Source: an uncultured delta proteobacterium
Lineage (GTDB): Bacteria; Desulfobacterota; Syntrophia; Syntrophales; Smithellaceae
Direction: 5' to 3'
Assembly (NCBI GenBank): GCA_963851005.1
Contig: CAWKNI010000008.1
Coordinates: forward strand, 155,199 to 219,198
Length of the DNA stretch: 64,000 bases
The notes under the pieces were generated by a model that saw only the letters and a list, made by a program, of their open reading frames with translations, did not search any database and had not been told where the DNA came from. Numbering within the stretch: the first letter of the stretch is position 1; each line of letters opens with the position of its first letter. Shown piece after piece: positions 37,435-45,120 of the stretch. The translations under genes were made by a program, and so were the position numbers.

Positions 37435-40050
37435 TTATTCGTTATTTGTAACGGTTGAACGGGCGCTTTCGATTCCCAGAGGCAGAATTATAAGCACCTT
37501 CGTCCCCTCATTTTTTTCACTTAGAATGTCAATCGTTCCCTGGTGAATATCAATTATTTTCTTTACCAGAGAAAGTCCCAACCCGGTACCATAATTTTTT
37601 CGCGTAAAGAAAGGATTAAATATGTGCGGCATATCCTCCACATCGATTCCGCCTCCATCATCCTTAATCTCCACAACAACCGACTGATGAGTTTCATAAG
37701 CATAGCGCAGCGAAACTTTGATTTTGCCATACACCTCCGACGCCTCCACGGCGTTGCGGATAACGTTTAAAAATGCGTCAGCCATCATCGCCGCGTCTAC
37801 CGCCACGAGGGGAATATCGGCAAATTCCGTTTGCACCTCAATTTTTTTATCGCTAATCCCTTTTTCCGCCAAGGCTATGGCCTGTTCCAATACTTTGGAC
37901 AAGTCTGCCGGCGCCTTTTGGGGCTCCACCGGCTTGGCAAAAGCTAAAATGTTACTAACCAGCATTTCCAGATGGTCCACTTCTTTTTCCGCAATCTTGA
38001 ATCTTTTCAAATCGTTTCCTTCAGGGTTCATTCGTTTTGTCAATATCTGCAGACTCATTTTGATCGAAGAAAGAGGATTGCGTATTTCATGAGCTATGCC
38101 CGCCGAAAGCTGACCCAAAGCCGCCAGTTTCTGACTGTCGTAAAGCTGTCTCTCCAGATTTTTGAATTCCGTAATATCACGTTGAACCAGTATATAATGA
38201 TTGGTTCCCATCACTGGAGAGGTGGTAATCAAAAGATTATGCTTGCGGCCATCATTATCTTTTGCTTCAATTTCATACGGTTTGTAAATGCCTTTTTTCG
38301 CTTCTTCCCATTTAGAGGACACGAAATCTTCATATCCGGAAGCGACAAATTCCAAAAAATGTTTGTTTTTAAATTCACGGGAAGATGGTCCGCCTTTTTT
38401 CCTTAAACCGCGGCTCACGAAATTGATAATGCCGTTTTCATCAATCTCATAAATTTTATCCGGCAGACTGTTTACTATCGACTGCAAATAGTTATAAAGA
38501 TCTTCAATCTGACGCCGCAGTTCAATATTCTCAACCAATTCATTTTGCAGTGTTTCGGCATACTCATTTAAACTTTTAGTCATTTCTTTTTCGCGTGAAA
38601 CGTCCTGCAGTGTTTCTATTGCGGCTATAATTTCACCTTTTTCATCATAAATAGGAGCTGCCAGAAAATACAGAATCCGGCTGCGGCCGCCAAGATTTTC
38701 AAAATGATCAGTCGCTTCATAGGCGCCCAACAACTTTTCGGCTTTTTTTAATTTTTTATCGCCATAATATTTATCTAAATCTTCCACGTTTTTATCAACG
38801 ATTAAGTCAGCGATAATCGGCCTTTTAACCGAATAAAAAGGTTTATAGTGATTACTGGTGCCGAGCATTTCCCGGGCGGAATAGCCGGTGAGCTCCGTGC
38901 AGGCGCGATTCCATAATATGACCTTATGTTCATTGTTGATGACAAAACTGGGGATCGGCGAACCTTCAATAATGCCATCCATGGTTTTCTTTTCCCGCAG
39001 AAGTTTTTCCTGCCATAACTCCCGCTCCTTCAATCTTTCCTTCTCTTCTTTTATACGCAGCCTTTTCCCCTCTTTATAGGCAAAAGACATGCCTGTAACT
39101 ATAACTACTCCAATGAGCAATAATGAAACGAAAAGCGTGTAAATAAACGTTTTACGAACGGGTGAAATTACCTTATTATATGGGGCAACAACGAAAAGAA
39201 CCCATGTTTTATCTCCAGCCTGCAAAGGATAATAAGCAACTATACTTCGTTGCTGTTTTTTATCACTCTGCCGTACCATTGCTTCAAAATAATCCCCCTT
39301 TGCCGATGAAAAATCAATTTTCGCTTCCCAGTCATCGCCAAACAGATATTTTATGTTTTTTCCAATCAAAGCTGCATTACGATGAAGAATTATCTGTTGT
39401 TTTTCATCTAATAAACAAATATTTCCCCATTCATTATTCCCGGCTTGTTTTTCATATTTATCCACAACAGCCGAAAGAGAAAAAGAAATCAGCCATGCTC
39501 CGTTAAATTTGCCGTCGTGGCGCTTCAGCGGACAACCAATCACCAAATACCGGTCTATATTTTGTTTTGAATCGACATCATTTGATCGCTCCGGTAAAGC
39601 CAAACCTAAATATGGTTTTTGATTTTCCCGGATAATCTTAAAATGATCAGATAAATTTATTGCCTGGAAATTATGCCGCGGGTATATGCTCTTTATCCTG
39701 CCTTCGTCATCAACAACAACAATTGCGTTAAGAGTGCTTTCCCAGCCGGAAGACAATATTTTGTAATAACTGTTAAGTTCTTCCGGTGGTATTTGCAGGT
39801 GGCGATCAAACCGGGAAAGTAAAGAGACATTTTTTTGGACTTGCAAAAAAGTATCGGTCATTCTTGTCGCGGTATTTTGGACATTAGCAAGCTGCTGCCG
39901 GCTGAAGAACTCCACCATATCCTTTTCTCGGGCGCTGTTCACTGTCAACGCTAAAAGCAGAATCAGGATGATCACAGTTATGCTGGCCAGCCAAATGCGC
40001 GCTTCTATAGCCTTCTGAAGAATTTTATTAATTTTACTTAAAAAAGTCAC
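37435..40050 (-). CDS. Sensor histidine kinase with periplasmic Cache-like domain, PAS domains, HisKA and HATPase_c
   Basis: 871 aa; two TM segments bracket a ~270-aa extracytoplasmic domain; AHEIRNPLSSI H-box; GTGLGLSLVKKII G2 box. Confidence 0.85.
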   Translation of the reverse strand: MTFLSKINKILQKAIEARIWLASITVIILILLLALTVNSAREKDMVEFFSRQQLANVQNTATRMTDTFLQVQKNVSLLSRFDRHLQIPPEELNSYYKILSSGWESTLNAIVVVDDEGRIKSIYPRHNFQAINLSDHFKIIRENQKPYLGLALPERSNDVDSKQNIDRYLVIGCPLKRHDGKFNGAWLISFSLSAVVDKYEKQAGNNEWGNICLLDEKQQIILHRNAALIGKNIKYLFGDDWEAKIDFSSAKGDYFEAMVRQSDKKQQRSIVAYYPLQAGDKTWVLFVVAPYNKVISPVRKTFIYTLFVSLLLIGVVIVTGMSFAYKEGKRLRIKEEKERLKERELWQEKLLREKKTMDGIIEGSPIPSFVINNEHKVILWNRACTELTGYSAREMLGTSNHYKPFYSVKRPIIADLIVDKNVEDLDKYYGDKKLKKAEKLLGAYEATDHFENLGGRSRILYFLAAPIYDEKGEIIAAIETLQDVSREKEMTKSLNEYAETLQNELVENIELRRQIEDLYNYLQSIVNSLPDKIYEIDENGIINFVSRGLRKKGGPSSREFKNKHFLEFVASGYEDFVSSKWEEAKKGIYKPYEIEAKDNDGRKHNLLITTSPVMGTNHYILVQRDITEFKNLERQLYDSQKLAALGQLSAGIAHEIRNPLSSIKMSLQILTKRMNPEGNDLKRFKIAEKEVDHLEMLVSNILAFAKPVEPQKAPADLSKVLEQAIALAEKGISDKKIEVQTEFADIPLVAVDAAMMADAFLNVIRNAVEASEVYGKIKVSLRYAYETHQSVVVEIKDDGGGIDVEDMPHIFNPFFTRKNYGTGLGLSLVKKIIDIHQGTIDILSEKNEGTKVLIILPLGIESARSTVTNNE

Positions 40051-40236
40051 CTAATCTTCTTTGTCCTTTTTACCTTCTTTATGGGAAAGCTTAATGCCTA
40101 TCAAGACATAAACCAGAATTGCTGCTGTAAGTGAAATAAGAAGCTTCGCCAAACCGCTTTCAATTTTTAAAATATAAGAACAAATAAGCCATACGATGGG
40201 ATAGGTAACTGCCGTTAAAATCTCCTGCATGATCAT
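40051..40236 (-). CDS. Small two-TM membrane protein, translationally abutting the kinase gene
   Basis: 61 aa hydrophobic ORF whose stop codon directly precedes the kinase start at 40050. Confidence 0.45.
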   Translation of the reverse strand: MIMQEILTAVTYPIVWLICSYILKIESGLAKLLISLTAAILVYVLIGIKLSHKEGKKDKED

Positions 40237-40290
40237 CCTTTATTAAAAGCTTCTCGTGGGTATTTTATCATAAAGAAACATTTTTTTATG

Positions 40291-40319
40291 ATACTAACGA
40301 CCTTAACGGAAAATTTCAA
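40291..40319 (-). promoter_or_regulatory. Candidate sigma-70 promoter for the small-protein/kinase/regulator operon
   Basis: Minus strand reads TTGAAA-17 nt-TAGTAT about 55 nt upstream of 40236. Confidence 0.4.
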
Positions 40320-40360
40320 TAGAAATTAGTGAGACAAGCTGAAAACAAGTGAAACGAAGT

Positions 40361-40461
40361 TTGTCCCTGCCACCTGAAGGTGGCGGGATAATTCGCTCTA
40401 AGATTTTCCGAGCACTATGTTTCGGCGAAGTGCCCTTTGGGTGAAAATCAAGGCTCATTAA
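40361..40461. repeat. D-type repeat, copy D1
   Basis: ccctgccacctgaaggtggcgggataattcgctctaagattttccgagcac..gtttcggcgaagtgccctttgggtgaaaatcaaggctcattaa. Confidence 0.85.
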
Positions 40462-40525
40462 AGCGTAAGTCGAACTATCCCCGAAGAGAAGTGGGAAAAC
40501 GAGTCCCGATTTGTCGGGACGACGT

Positions 40526-40607
40526 TCGTCCCTGCCACCAAAGGTGGCGGGATAATTCGCTCTAAGATTTTCCGAGCACTACGTTTCGGAAAATCAAGGC
40601 TCATTAA
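40526..40607. repeat. D-type repeat, copy D2 (tandem to D1, lacks an 18-nt segment)
   Basis: ccctgccaccaaaggtggcgggataattcgctctaagattttccgagcactacgtttcggaaaatcaaggctcattaa. Confidence 0.85.
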
Positions 40608-40637
40608 TTTGCACTCAAAATTTCCTCAGAGTTCATG

Positions 40638-40876
40638 CTAGTGTGGTGTTACGCTGAAATCTTGTCATATCGACCAACGGAAGATATCTTGTATATTCTA
40701 ATGATCATTAAGATTTCTCCCCAGCAGAGCTGGACTATAGGCTTCGCTTCGATCGGAAGCGCATCCCGTAGGGGAGCGCAAAAAAAAAGATATCCTTTCC
40801 TTTTCCGAGAATCCGCATTCCGTTTGTGTGGATTCCAATGACATACTGTAAAGATATTTATGTAACACTACACTAG
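40638..40876. mobile_element. MITE-like element with 15-bp terminal inverted repeats, copy 1 (carries nested insertions)
   Basis: ctagtgtggtgttac...gtaacactacactag; interior equals the reverse complement of 43502-43635 plus ~105 extra nt; track ORF 40635-40841 lies inside it. Confidence 0.8.
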
Positions 40877-41102
40877 CAATTTTAATGTTTTATAGCAGCC
40901 TATTTAACAAAATATTAAATAAGGCCACAAATTGTGATGGTTCACAGTTTGGAAAAAATAAGTTGCTGATATTTATTCACATGAAATATTTTTTATCGTT
41001 GTATTATTAAACGAAACAATCTCAACAAATTAGATGGACATTTTTCCATAGTTACGTTCTTTAAATAAAATATTTAGAAATAACGCCTTCATGCTAAAGC
41101 CA

Positions 41103-41118
41103 TGGCATAAGTCATGCA
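41103..41118 (+). promoter_or_regulatory. Sigma-54 (-24/-12) promoter
   Basis: TGGCATAAGTCATGCA versus consensus TGGCACG-N4-TTGCW: GG and GC at the exact canonical spacing, 110 nt upstream of ATG 41228. Confidence 0.65.
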
Positions 41119-41227
41119 ATAGGTCTGCCCGAATAAAAGTTAAATTATTTCTCTTTCCCTCGACTGCTTATTTATGTTATGGAAACAAGAAGTAATAATA
41201 AACAATTTATTATGAAAGGAGATAAAA

Positions 41228-41602
41228 ATGTTACACAAATTTGGTAAAAAAATCTTAACGGCAATTACATCCGCAGCGGCTGTGCTTTTGGCAAGTCCGG
41301 TTGTATTTGCGGCAGAGGCTATTCCTTCCGGTGATCTTTCTGCCAAAGCCACTTTTGCGGTAGGAGCAATGATTGCCGCTGGTTTAGCCATTGGTATAGG
41401 AGCCGTAGGCGCAGGTTTGGGTATTGGAACAGCAGCCAGTGGAGCTTGCTCCGCGGTAGGAAGAAATCCAGGCGTTCAGGGTAAAATCATGATGACCATG
41501 CTGGTTGGTATGGCCATGGCTGAATCCATCGCTATTTACGCGCTGGTCGTTTCTCTGGTTCTTCTATATGCTAACCCTTACATGCGTTATTTTTTGGGTT
41601 AA
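41228..41602 (+). CDS. atpE: F-type ATP synthase c-subunit homolog with N-terminal signal-peptide-like extension, orphan (no atpB/atpF nearby)
   Basis: 124 aa; residues ~45-120 read GAVGAGLGIGTAASGACSAVGRNPG...LVGMAMAESIAIYALVVSLVLLYANP (c-subunit hairpin with carboxylate E); first ~30 aa MLHKFGKKILTAITSAAAVLLASPVVFAAEA. Confidence 0.85.
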   Translation: MLHKFGKKILTAITSAAAVLLASPVVFAAEAIPSGDLSAKATFAVGAMIAAGLAIGIGAVGAGLGIGTAASGACSAVGRNPGVQGKIMMTMLVGMAMAESIAIYALVVSLVLLYANPYMRYFLG

Positions 41603-41652
41603 TACTAAAATAAATTAACTACAAAATTAACAAACGTTAGGGGGAAATAGTA

Positions 41653-42966
41653 ATGTCAAAAACTAATAAAGATAAGCGGTTTTTTAATATAGGAGGAGTG
41701 TTCTTCCTGCTTATCGTAATCCCCTTATCATTAATGGCTTTCTTAATTGCCAACGGCATGTTTAAGCTGGGGGTTACCATAAAGCAGAGTACCATATCTG
41801 CTATAGACCAAAAATCTCAGGAAGATATAAGAGCTAGGGCCGTCAATACAGCAAACGAAGTTGCCAGTTTCCTCATGGAATGCAATAAAGATTTACAAGT
41901 TGCAACAATCATTCCCACAACAGAAACTGTATATAAACAGTTTGTTTCTGAAAACAAGAAACCGGTATGGGTCAAACGTGACGGTAAAATACAACAGATA
42001 TTGATTCCGCTGTACAAAGAAATGGCTTTGCTTGACAAAAACGGCAACGAAAAAATTAAAATCGTTGACGGTCAGGTTGTGCCGTCGACAAAACTGGTTA
42101 ATGTCAGCAATCCGGCTAATACAACATATAAAACTGAAGATTATTTTGCTAAGACAAAAAATCTGAATAAAGGCGAAGTTTATGTTTCCCCGGTAACAGG
42201 TTTATATGTCAATAAAGCAGCGTTTGAAAAGGGACAGAGATTTTCAGGAGTCGTCCGTTTTGCGACACCGGTATTTAATCAAAATGGCTTTGCCGGTGAA
42301 ATTATACTGTCCTTGGATTATCGTCATCTGGCAGAGTTTACCGACCATCTTGTTCCTACGCAGGCCGAGAAAGTATTTGAAACGGATGCATCCACCGGCA
42401 ATTATGCCTACATGGTGGACCACCGCGGTTTTGTAATTGTGCATCCTGCTGATTACCATATTGTTGGACTCACCCATGATGGGAAAATCGTTCCGACTGT
42501 TACGGCTCAGAACGCAACGGAACTGGCAAAGAAAGGAGCAGAAGCGTTGAACCTCTTCCAGTTGGGTTTTATGGATCCCAATTTATTTAATATTGCGAAA
42601 GACGCTGCTCAAGGAAAATCAGGAGTTTTAATGTATAAATTTGCTGGAATCAGCAAGTTCGTTGCCTATGCGCCGATCAAGTTTTATTCTTCAAACCTTA
42701 CTGCGCCTGATGGTTTTGGCTGGATAGGTCTGGGACTGGAAGTTGAGAAATATAACGAAGCGGCAATGAAGGTATCTCAGAAGATTGAGAAGGAATCAAA
42801 AGCATGGACTGCGACAGTCATCTTTATTCTTATCGCTGCCATGATTATTCTTTTCTTCATTATGCTACTTTTGGTTCGTGGAATAACCCGTTCATTGCAG
42901 GCGGAAGTTCCGGAAGGTTCGGAAGGTCCGGCATCATTTGACGATGATGACGACGACGATAAATAA
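41653..42966 (+). CDS. Membrane-anchored double-Cache-like extracytoplasmic domain protein without an output domain; poly-Asp C-terminus
   Basis: 437 aa. TM1 at ~15-37, a ~340-aa extracellular domain with Cache-like features (YVSPV..., LSLDYRHL, YAYMVDHRGFVIVHP), TM2 at ~385-410. The tail of ~25 aa ends DDDDDDDK. Confidence 0.65.
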   Translation: MSKTNKDKRFFNIGGVFFLLIVIPLSLMAFLIANGMFKLGVTIKQSTISAIDQKSQEDIRARAVNTANEVASFLMECNKDLQVATIIPTTETVYKQFVSENKKPVWVKRDGKIQQILIPLYKEMALLDKNGNEKIKIVDGQVVPSTKLVNVSNPANTTYKTEDYFAKTKNLNKGEVYVSPVTGLYVNKAAFEKGQRFSGVVRFATPVFNQNGFAGEIILSLDYRHLAEFTDHLVPTQAEKVFETDASTGNYAYMVDHRGFVIVHPADYHIVGLTHDGKIVPTVTAQNATELAKKGAEALNLFQLGFMDPNLFNIAKDAAQGKSGVLMYKFAGISKFVAYAPIKFYSSNLTAPDGFGWIGLGLEVEKYNEAAMKVSQKIEKESKAWTATVIFILIAAMIILFFIMLLLVRGITRSLQAEVPEGSEGPASFDDDDDDDK

Positions 42967-42989
42967 TTAAACTTAAAATAAATTAACCC

Positions 42990-43019
42990 AAAGGCCGAAT
43001 TTCAATTCGGCCTTTTTTT
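42990..43019 (+). terminator. Rho-independent terminator after the Cache gene
   Basis: aaaggccgaa tttcaa ttcggccttt followed by TTTTTT. Confidence 0.75.
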
Positions 43020-43168
43020 GTGAAACTCCAATTCTGCAAGCGAAGCACAGCGGAATTGGTAAGTTGAACAATCCCTGTCGCGAAGCGACATGGGATAATT
43101 CGCTCTAAGATTTTCCGAGCACTTCGTTTCGGCGAAGTGCCCTTTGGGTGAAAATCAAGGCTCATTAA
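43020..43168. repeat. D-type double-hairpin repeat, copy D3 (full length)
   Basis: gtgaaactccaattc..gaattggtaagttgaacaatccctgtcgcgaagcgacatgggataattcgctctaag...ggctcattaa; track ORF 42983-43165 lies inside it. Confidence 0.85.
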
Positions 43169-43283
43169 AAATAGAATGGACTTTAATCAAATACAATATA
43201 TAATAACTCTCATATTTATTTAAGCAAACTGCAAAAGCTTGTATTCTGTTAAGTGGACTTTACTACAAAAAAAGGAGACAAGA

Positions 43284-43478
43284 ATGAACTATTTCCCGCA
43301 TCTGATCGCATTGTTTGCAGGTGGCATTGTTCTTTGGATAATAAAAAGAAGATATAAGAAAATACGCACCCGCGAATTGATTATAGTAGTCATTCTTTTT
43401 ATTATATTAGTTGCCATCTTTACAGCTCCCGGAATGGATCTGATAAAAAAATTAATAAATCTTATTCAAGTAGAGTAA
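43284..43478 (+). CDS. Small two-TM membrane protein
   Basis: ATG 43284 after aaggag; 64 aa MNYFPHLIALFAGGIVLWII... Confidence 0.45.
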   Translation: MNYFPHLIALFAGGIVLWIIKRRYKKIRTRELIIVVILFIILVAIFTAPGMDLIKKLINLIQVE

Positions 43479-43501
43479 CTGACGCCTGTGTAATAGCTAT
43501 C

Positions 43502-43635
43502 TAGTGTAGTGTTACATAAATATCTTTACAGTATGTCATTTCGAAGCGAAGCGAGAAATCTTAATGATCATTAGAATATACAAGATATCTCCCGTTGGTC
43601 GATATGACAAGATTTCAGCGTAACACTACACTAGG
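43502..43635. mobile_element. MITE-like element, copy 2 (134 bp, inverted relative to copy 1)
   Basis: ctagtgtagtgttac...gtaacactacactag perfect 15-bp TIRs; contains an E-type module. Confidence 0.8.
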
Positions 43636-43692
43636 TATAAAAATTTTGTTAAACGCGTTTTCATGTTCATATTTTGATGTGGATTGAGTGAA

Positions 43693-43947
43693 ATGAAGGG
43701 TTACCTGATAGGGAAAAAACCAAAGGAAAACCGTGAGAAGTTCAACTCTCTCGGCGGCATAATGATGTTATCGGCCTGGGGGCTGGCGATGGTGTTGTCT
43801 TCTTTCCTGTTTCTTTATATCGGTTATCTTGTGGATGAACTCCTGGGAACCACACCTAATTTCATGCTGTGTTCTTTTTTTCTGGCAGTCGGTCTCTGCA
43901 TATGGCGGATTTATAAGGAAGCAAAGGAAAAAGGTAAGAATTTATAA
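43693..43947 (+). CDS. AtpZ/AtpI-family small membrane protein (ATP synthase gene-1 type)
   Basis: Two-TM protein with SAWGLAMVLSSFLFLYIGYLVDELLGTTPNFML..FFLAVGLCIWRIYKE, the AtpZ pattern; ATG 43693 preferred over TTG 43684. Confidence 0.6.
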   Translation: MKGYLIGKKPKENREKFNSLGGIMMLSAWGLAMVLSSFLFLYIGYLVDELLGTTPNFMLCSFFLAVGLCIWRIYKEAKEKGKNL

Positions 43948-43980
43948 CAAACCCCTTCTCTAAACGAACACCCTCCGTTT

Positions 43981-44010
43981 GATCGAGTCTTTTTGACTCG
44001 ATTAATTTTC
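43981..44010 (+). terminator. Hairpin terminator between atpZ-like gene and rnpB 3' end
   Basis: gatcgagtc ttttt gactcgat then taattttc. Confidence 0.45.
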
Positions 44011-44020
44011 AAAACAGGTT

Positions 44021-44078
44021 ACGCGGGGAAGCCGACGACGACGCCAACAAAGATAGCGCTTTGATTTAAAGTGGTATA
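44021..44078. repeat. A-type repeat, 3' half only (A4)
   Basis: acgcggggaagccgacgacgacgccaacaaagatagcgctttgatttaaagtggtata. Confidence 0.7.
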
Positions 44079-44085
44079 AACAGGC

Positions 44086-44459
44086 TCTGGAGAAGATCGT
44101 AAGCCGAGTTCTGTCCCGCGCTTCGGTTACCCTACGTGCGGTGATGATCATTCATCTGGGACATCAGTTGCCTGCTGCCTCAAGCGACACTACCCGAGAA
44201 CATCAGGCGGGCCGCCCTTAAACGTTCTCCTATTTGGTCTTGCTCCGGATGGGGTTTACCATGCCTTTCCTGTCACCAGCAAAGCGGTGAGCTCTTACCT
44301 CGCCTTTTCACCCTTACCCGGCATTCGCCGGGCGGTATATTTTCTGTGGCACTTTCCTTAGGGTCGCCCCCAGTCGCCGTTAGCGACCATCCCGCCCTGT
44401 GGAGCTCGGACTTTCCTCCAGCAGATAAATTCTGCCGGCGATCATCTGATCTTCTCCGG
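44086..44459 (-). ncRNA. rnpB: RNase P RNA, bacterial type A
   Basis: Minus strand reads GGAGAAGAUC...GGAGGAAAGUCCGAGCUCC...GGAAAGUGCCACAGAAAAUAUACCGCC...GGGUAAGGGUGAAAAGG..GGUAAGAGCUCACC...GGUAAACCCCAUCCGGAGCAAGACCAAAUAGG...ACAGAACUCGGCUUACGAUCUUCUCC. All universal P4/J-region blocks are present and P1 pairs 5' GGAGAAGAUC with 3' GAUCUUCUCC. Confidence 0.95.
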
Positions 44460-44471
44460 CCTGATGGTTTT

Positions 44472-44500
44472 AGTCTACACTTGATCGATTTTTCTTTCAA
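44472..44500 (-). promoter_or_regulatory. Candidate sigma-70 promoter of rnpB
   Basis: Minus strand TTGAAA-17 nt-TAGACT ending ~12 nt before the predicted mature 5' end. Confidence 0.45.
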
Positions 44501-44531
44501 GATATCTTCCTTATAATACAGCAATTTAATC

Positions 44532-44562
44532 TTGACAAATAAATACTGCTATGCTTTATAAG
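44532..44562 (+). promoter_or_regulatory. Candidate sigma-70 promoter of rpmH-rnpA operon
   Basis: TTGACA-17 nt-TTTATAAG, ~30 nt upstream of rpmH ATG. Confidence 0.45.
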
Positions 44563-44590
44563 CTTCCCTATTACTTTTAAAGGATTAATT

Positions 44591-44728
44591 ATGAAAAAGA
44601 CTTTGACCAATAAAACAAATACCAAAAGAAAGAGGACCCACGGCTTTCTCGTTCGTATGGCTTCAAAATCTGGAAGGCAAGTTTTAAGCCGCAGAAGAGC
44701 TAAGGGAAGAAAACGTTTAGCTGTATAA
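44591..44728 (+). CDS. rpmH: 50S ribosomal protein L34
   Basis: 45-aa ORF below the track cutoff: [45 protein letters not shown]. Confidence 0.95.
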   Translation: MKKTLTNKTNTKRKRTHGFLVRMASKSGRQVLSRRRAKGRKRLAV

Positions 44729-44769
44729 ATCAGGGATTTTATTATTTTAAGGATGGTCGGTCGATATGC

Positions 44770-45117
44770 ATGAAAGAACAATCTTATCGGAAATTAGAAA
44801 GGATAACTAATCGCAGCAGATATAGAGCCATTTACCAACAGGGGGTTTGGAGAAGCTCTCAACACTTTACGACTATAACATGCATTAATGCTCAAGGGGC
44901 TAGAAGGCTGGGAATTACCGTAACCAAAAAAATGGGAAACTCTGTAAGAAGAAACAGAATTAAACGGTTAATCAGAGAATTTTTCCGCCTCAATAAGGCC
45001 TTGTTTCCCAGTGAGCATGATGTTGTCGTCATGGCCAAAAGAAATATGCCGCCCCTAACTTATCTCGAAGCATGCAAGGAATTGACGGAACTCTTCACGC
45101 GGAAAGCTAATATATAA
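44770..45117 (+). CDS. rnpA: RNase P protein component
   Basis: 115 aa basic protein, ...RLGITVTKKMGNSVRRNRIKRLIRE.. (RNR motif), directly after rpmH. Confidence 0.9.
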   Translation: MKEQSYRKLERITNRSRYRAIYQQGVWRSSQHFTTITCINAQGARRLGITVTKKMGNSVRRNRIKRLIREFFRLNKALFPSEHDVVVMAKRNMPPLTYLEACKELTELFTRKANI

Positions 45118-45120
45118 TCT

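Noticed and set aside
40361-40607. CRISPR array, considering the tandem D1/D2 repeats and the many hairpin repeats
   Set aside because: There are only two tandem units of 80-100 nt with a 64-nt non-unique spacer, no regular repeat-spacer periodicity anywhere in the window, and no cas genes apart from a Cas4-like Cys motif in the RecB-like nuclease.
41228-41602. Na+-specific c-subunit
   Set aside because: The E-S pair (AMAESIAIY) is present, but the position equivalent to the Gln of the Na+ site in helix 1 reads GIGTAA (no Gln), so the full Na+ signature is not met. Ion specificity is left open.
40635-43165. Track ORFs 40635-40841, 41140-41391 and 42983-43165 as genes
   Set aside because: They lie entirely within a MITE, within the antisense of the atpE leader and start, and within a D-type repeat, respectively. 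The same applies to 11335-11565, 24645-25109 (5' part), 35771-35962 and 48216-48410, all of which are built from repeat sequence.
43950-44590. Replication origin next to rpmH
   Set aside because: The rpmH-rnpA-yidC-jag-mnmE block often marks oriC/dnaA. However, dnaA is not in the window and I saw no TTATCCACA-type DnaA boxes in the flanking intergenic DNA.
44273-44781. Track ORFs 44273-44524 and 44497-44781 as protein genes
   Set aside because: They overlap the RNase P RNA gene and the divergent promoter region, and rpmH (44591-44728) is on the opposite strand of the second one.
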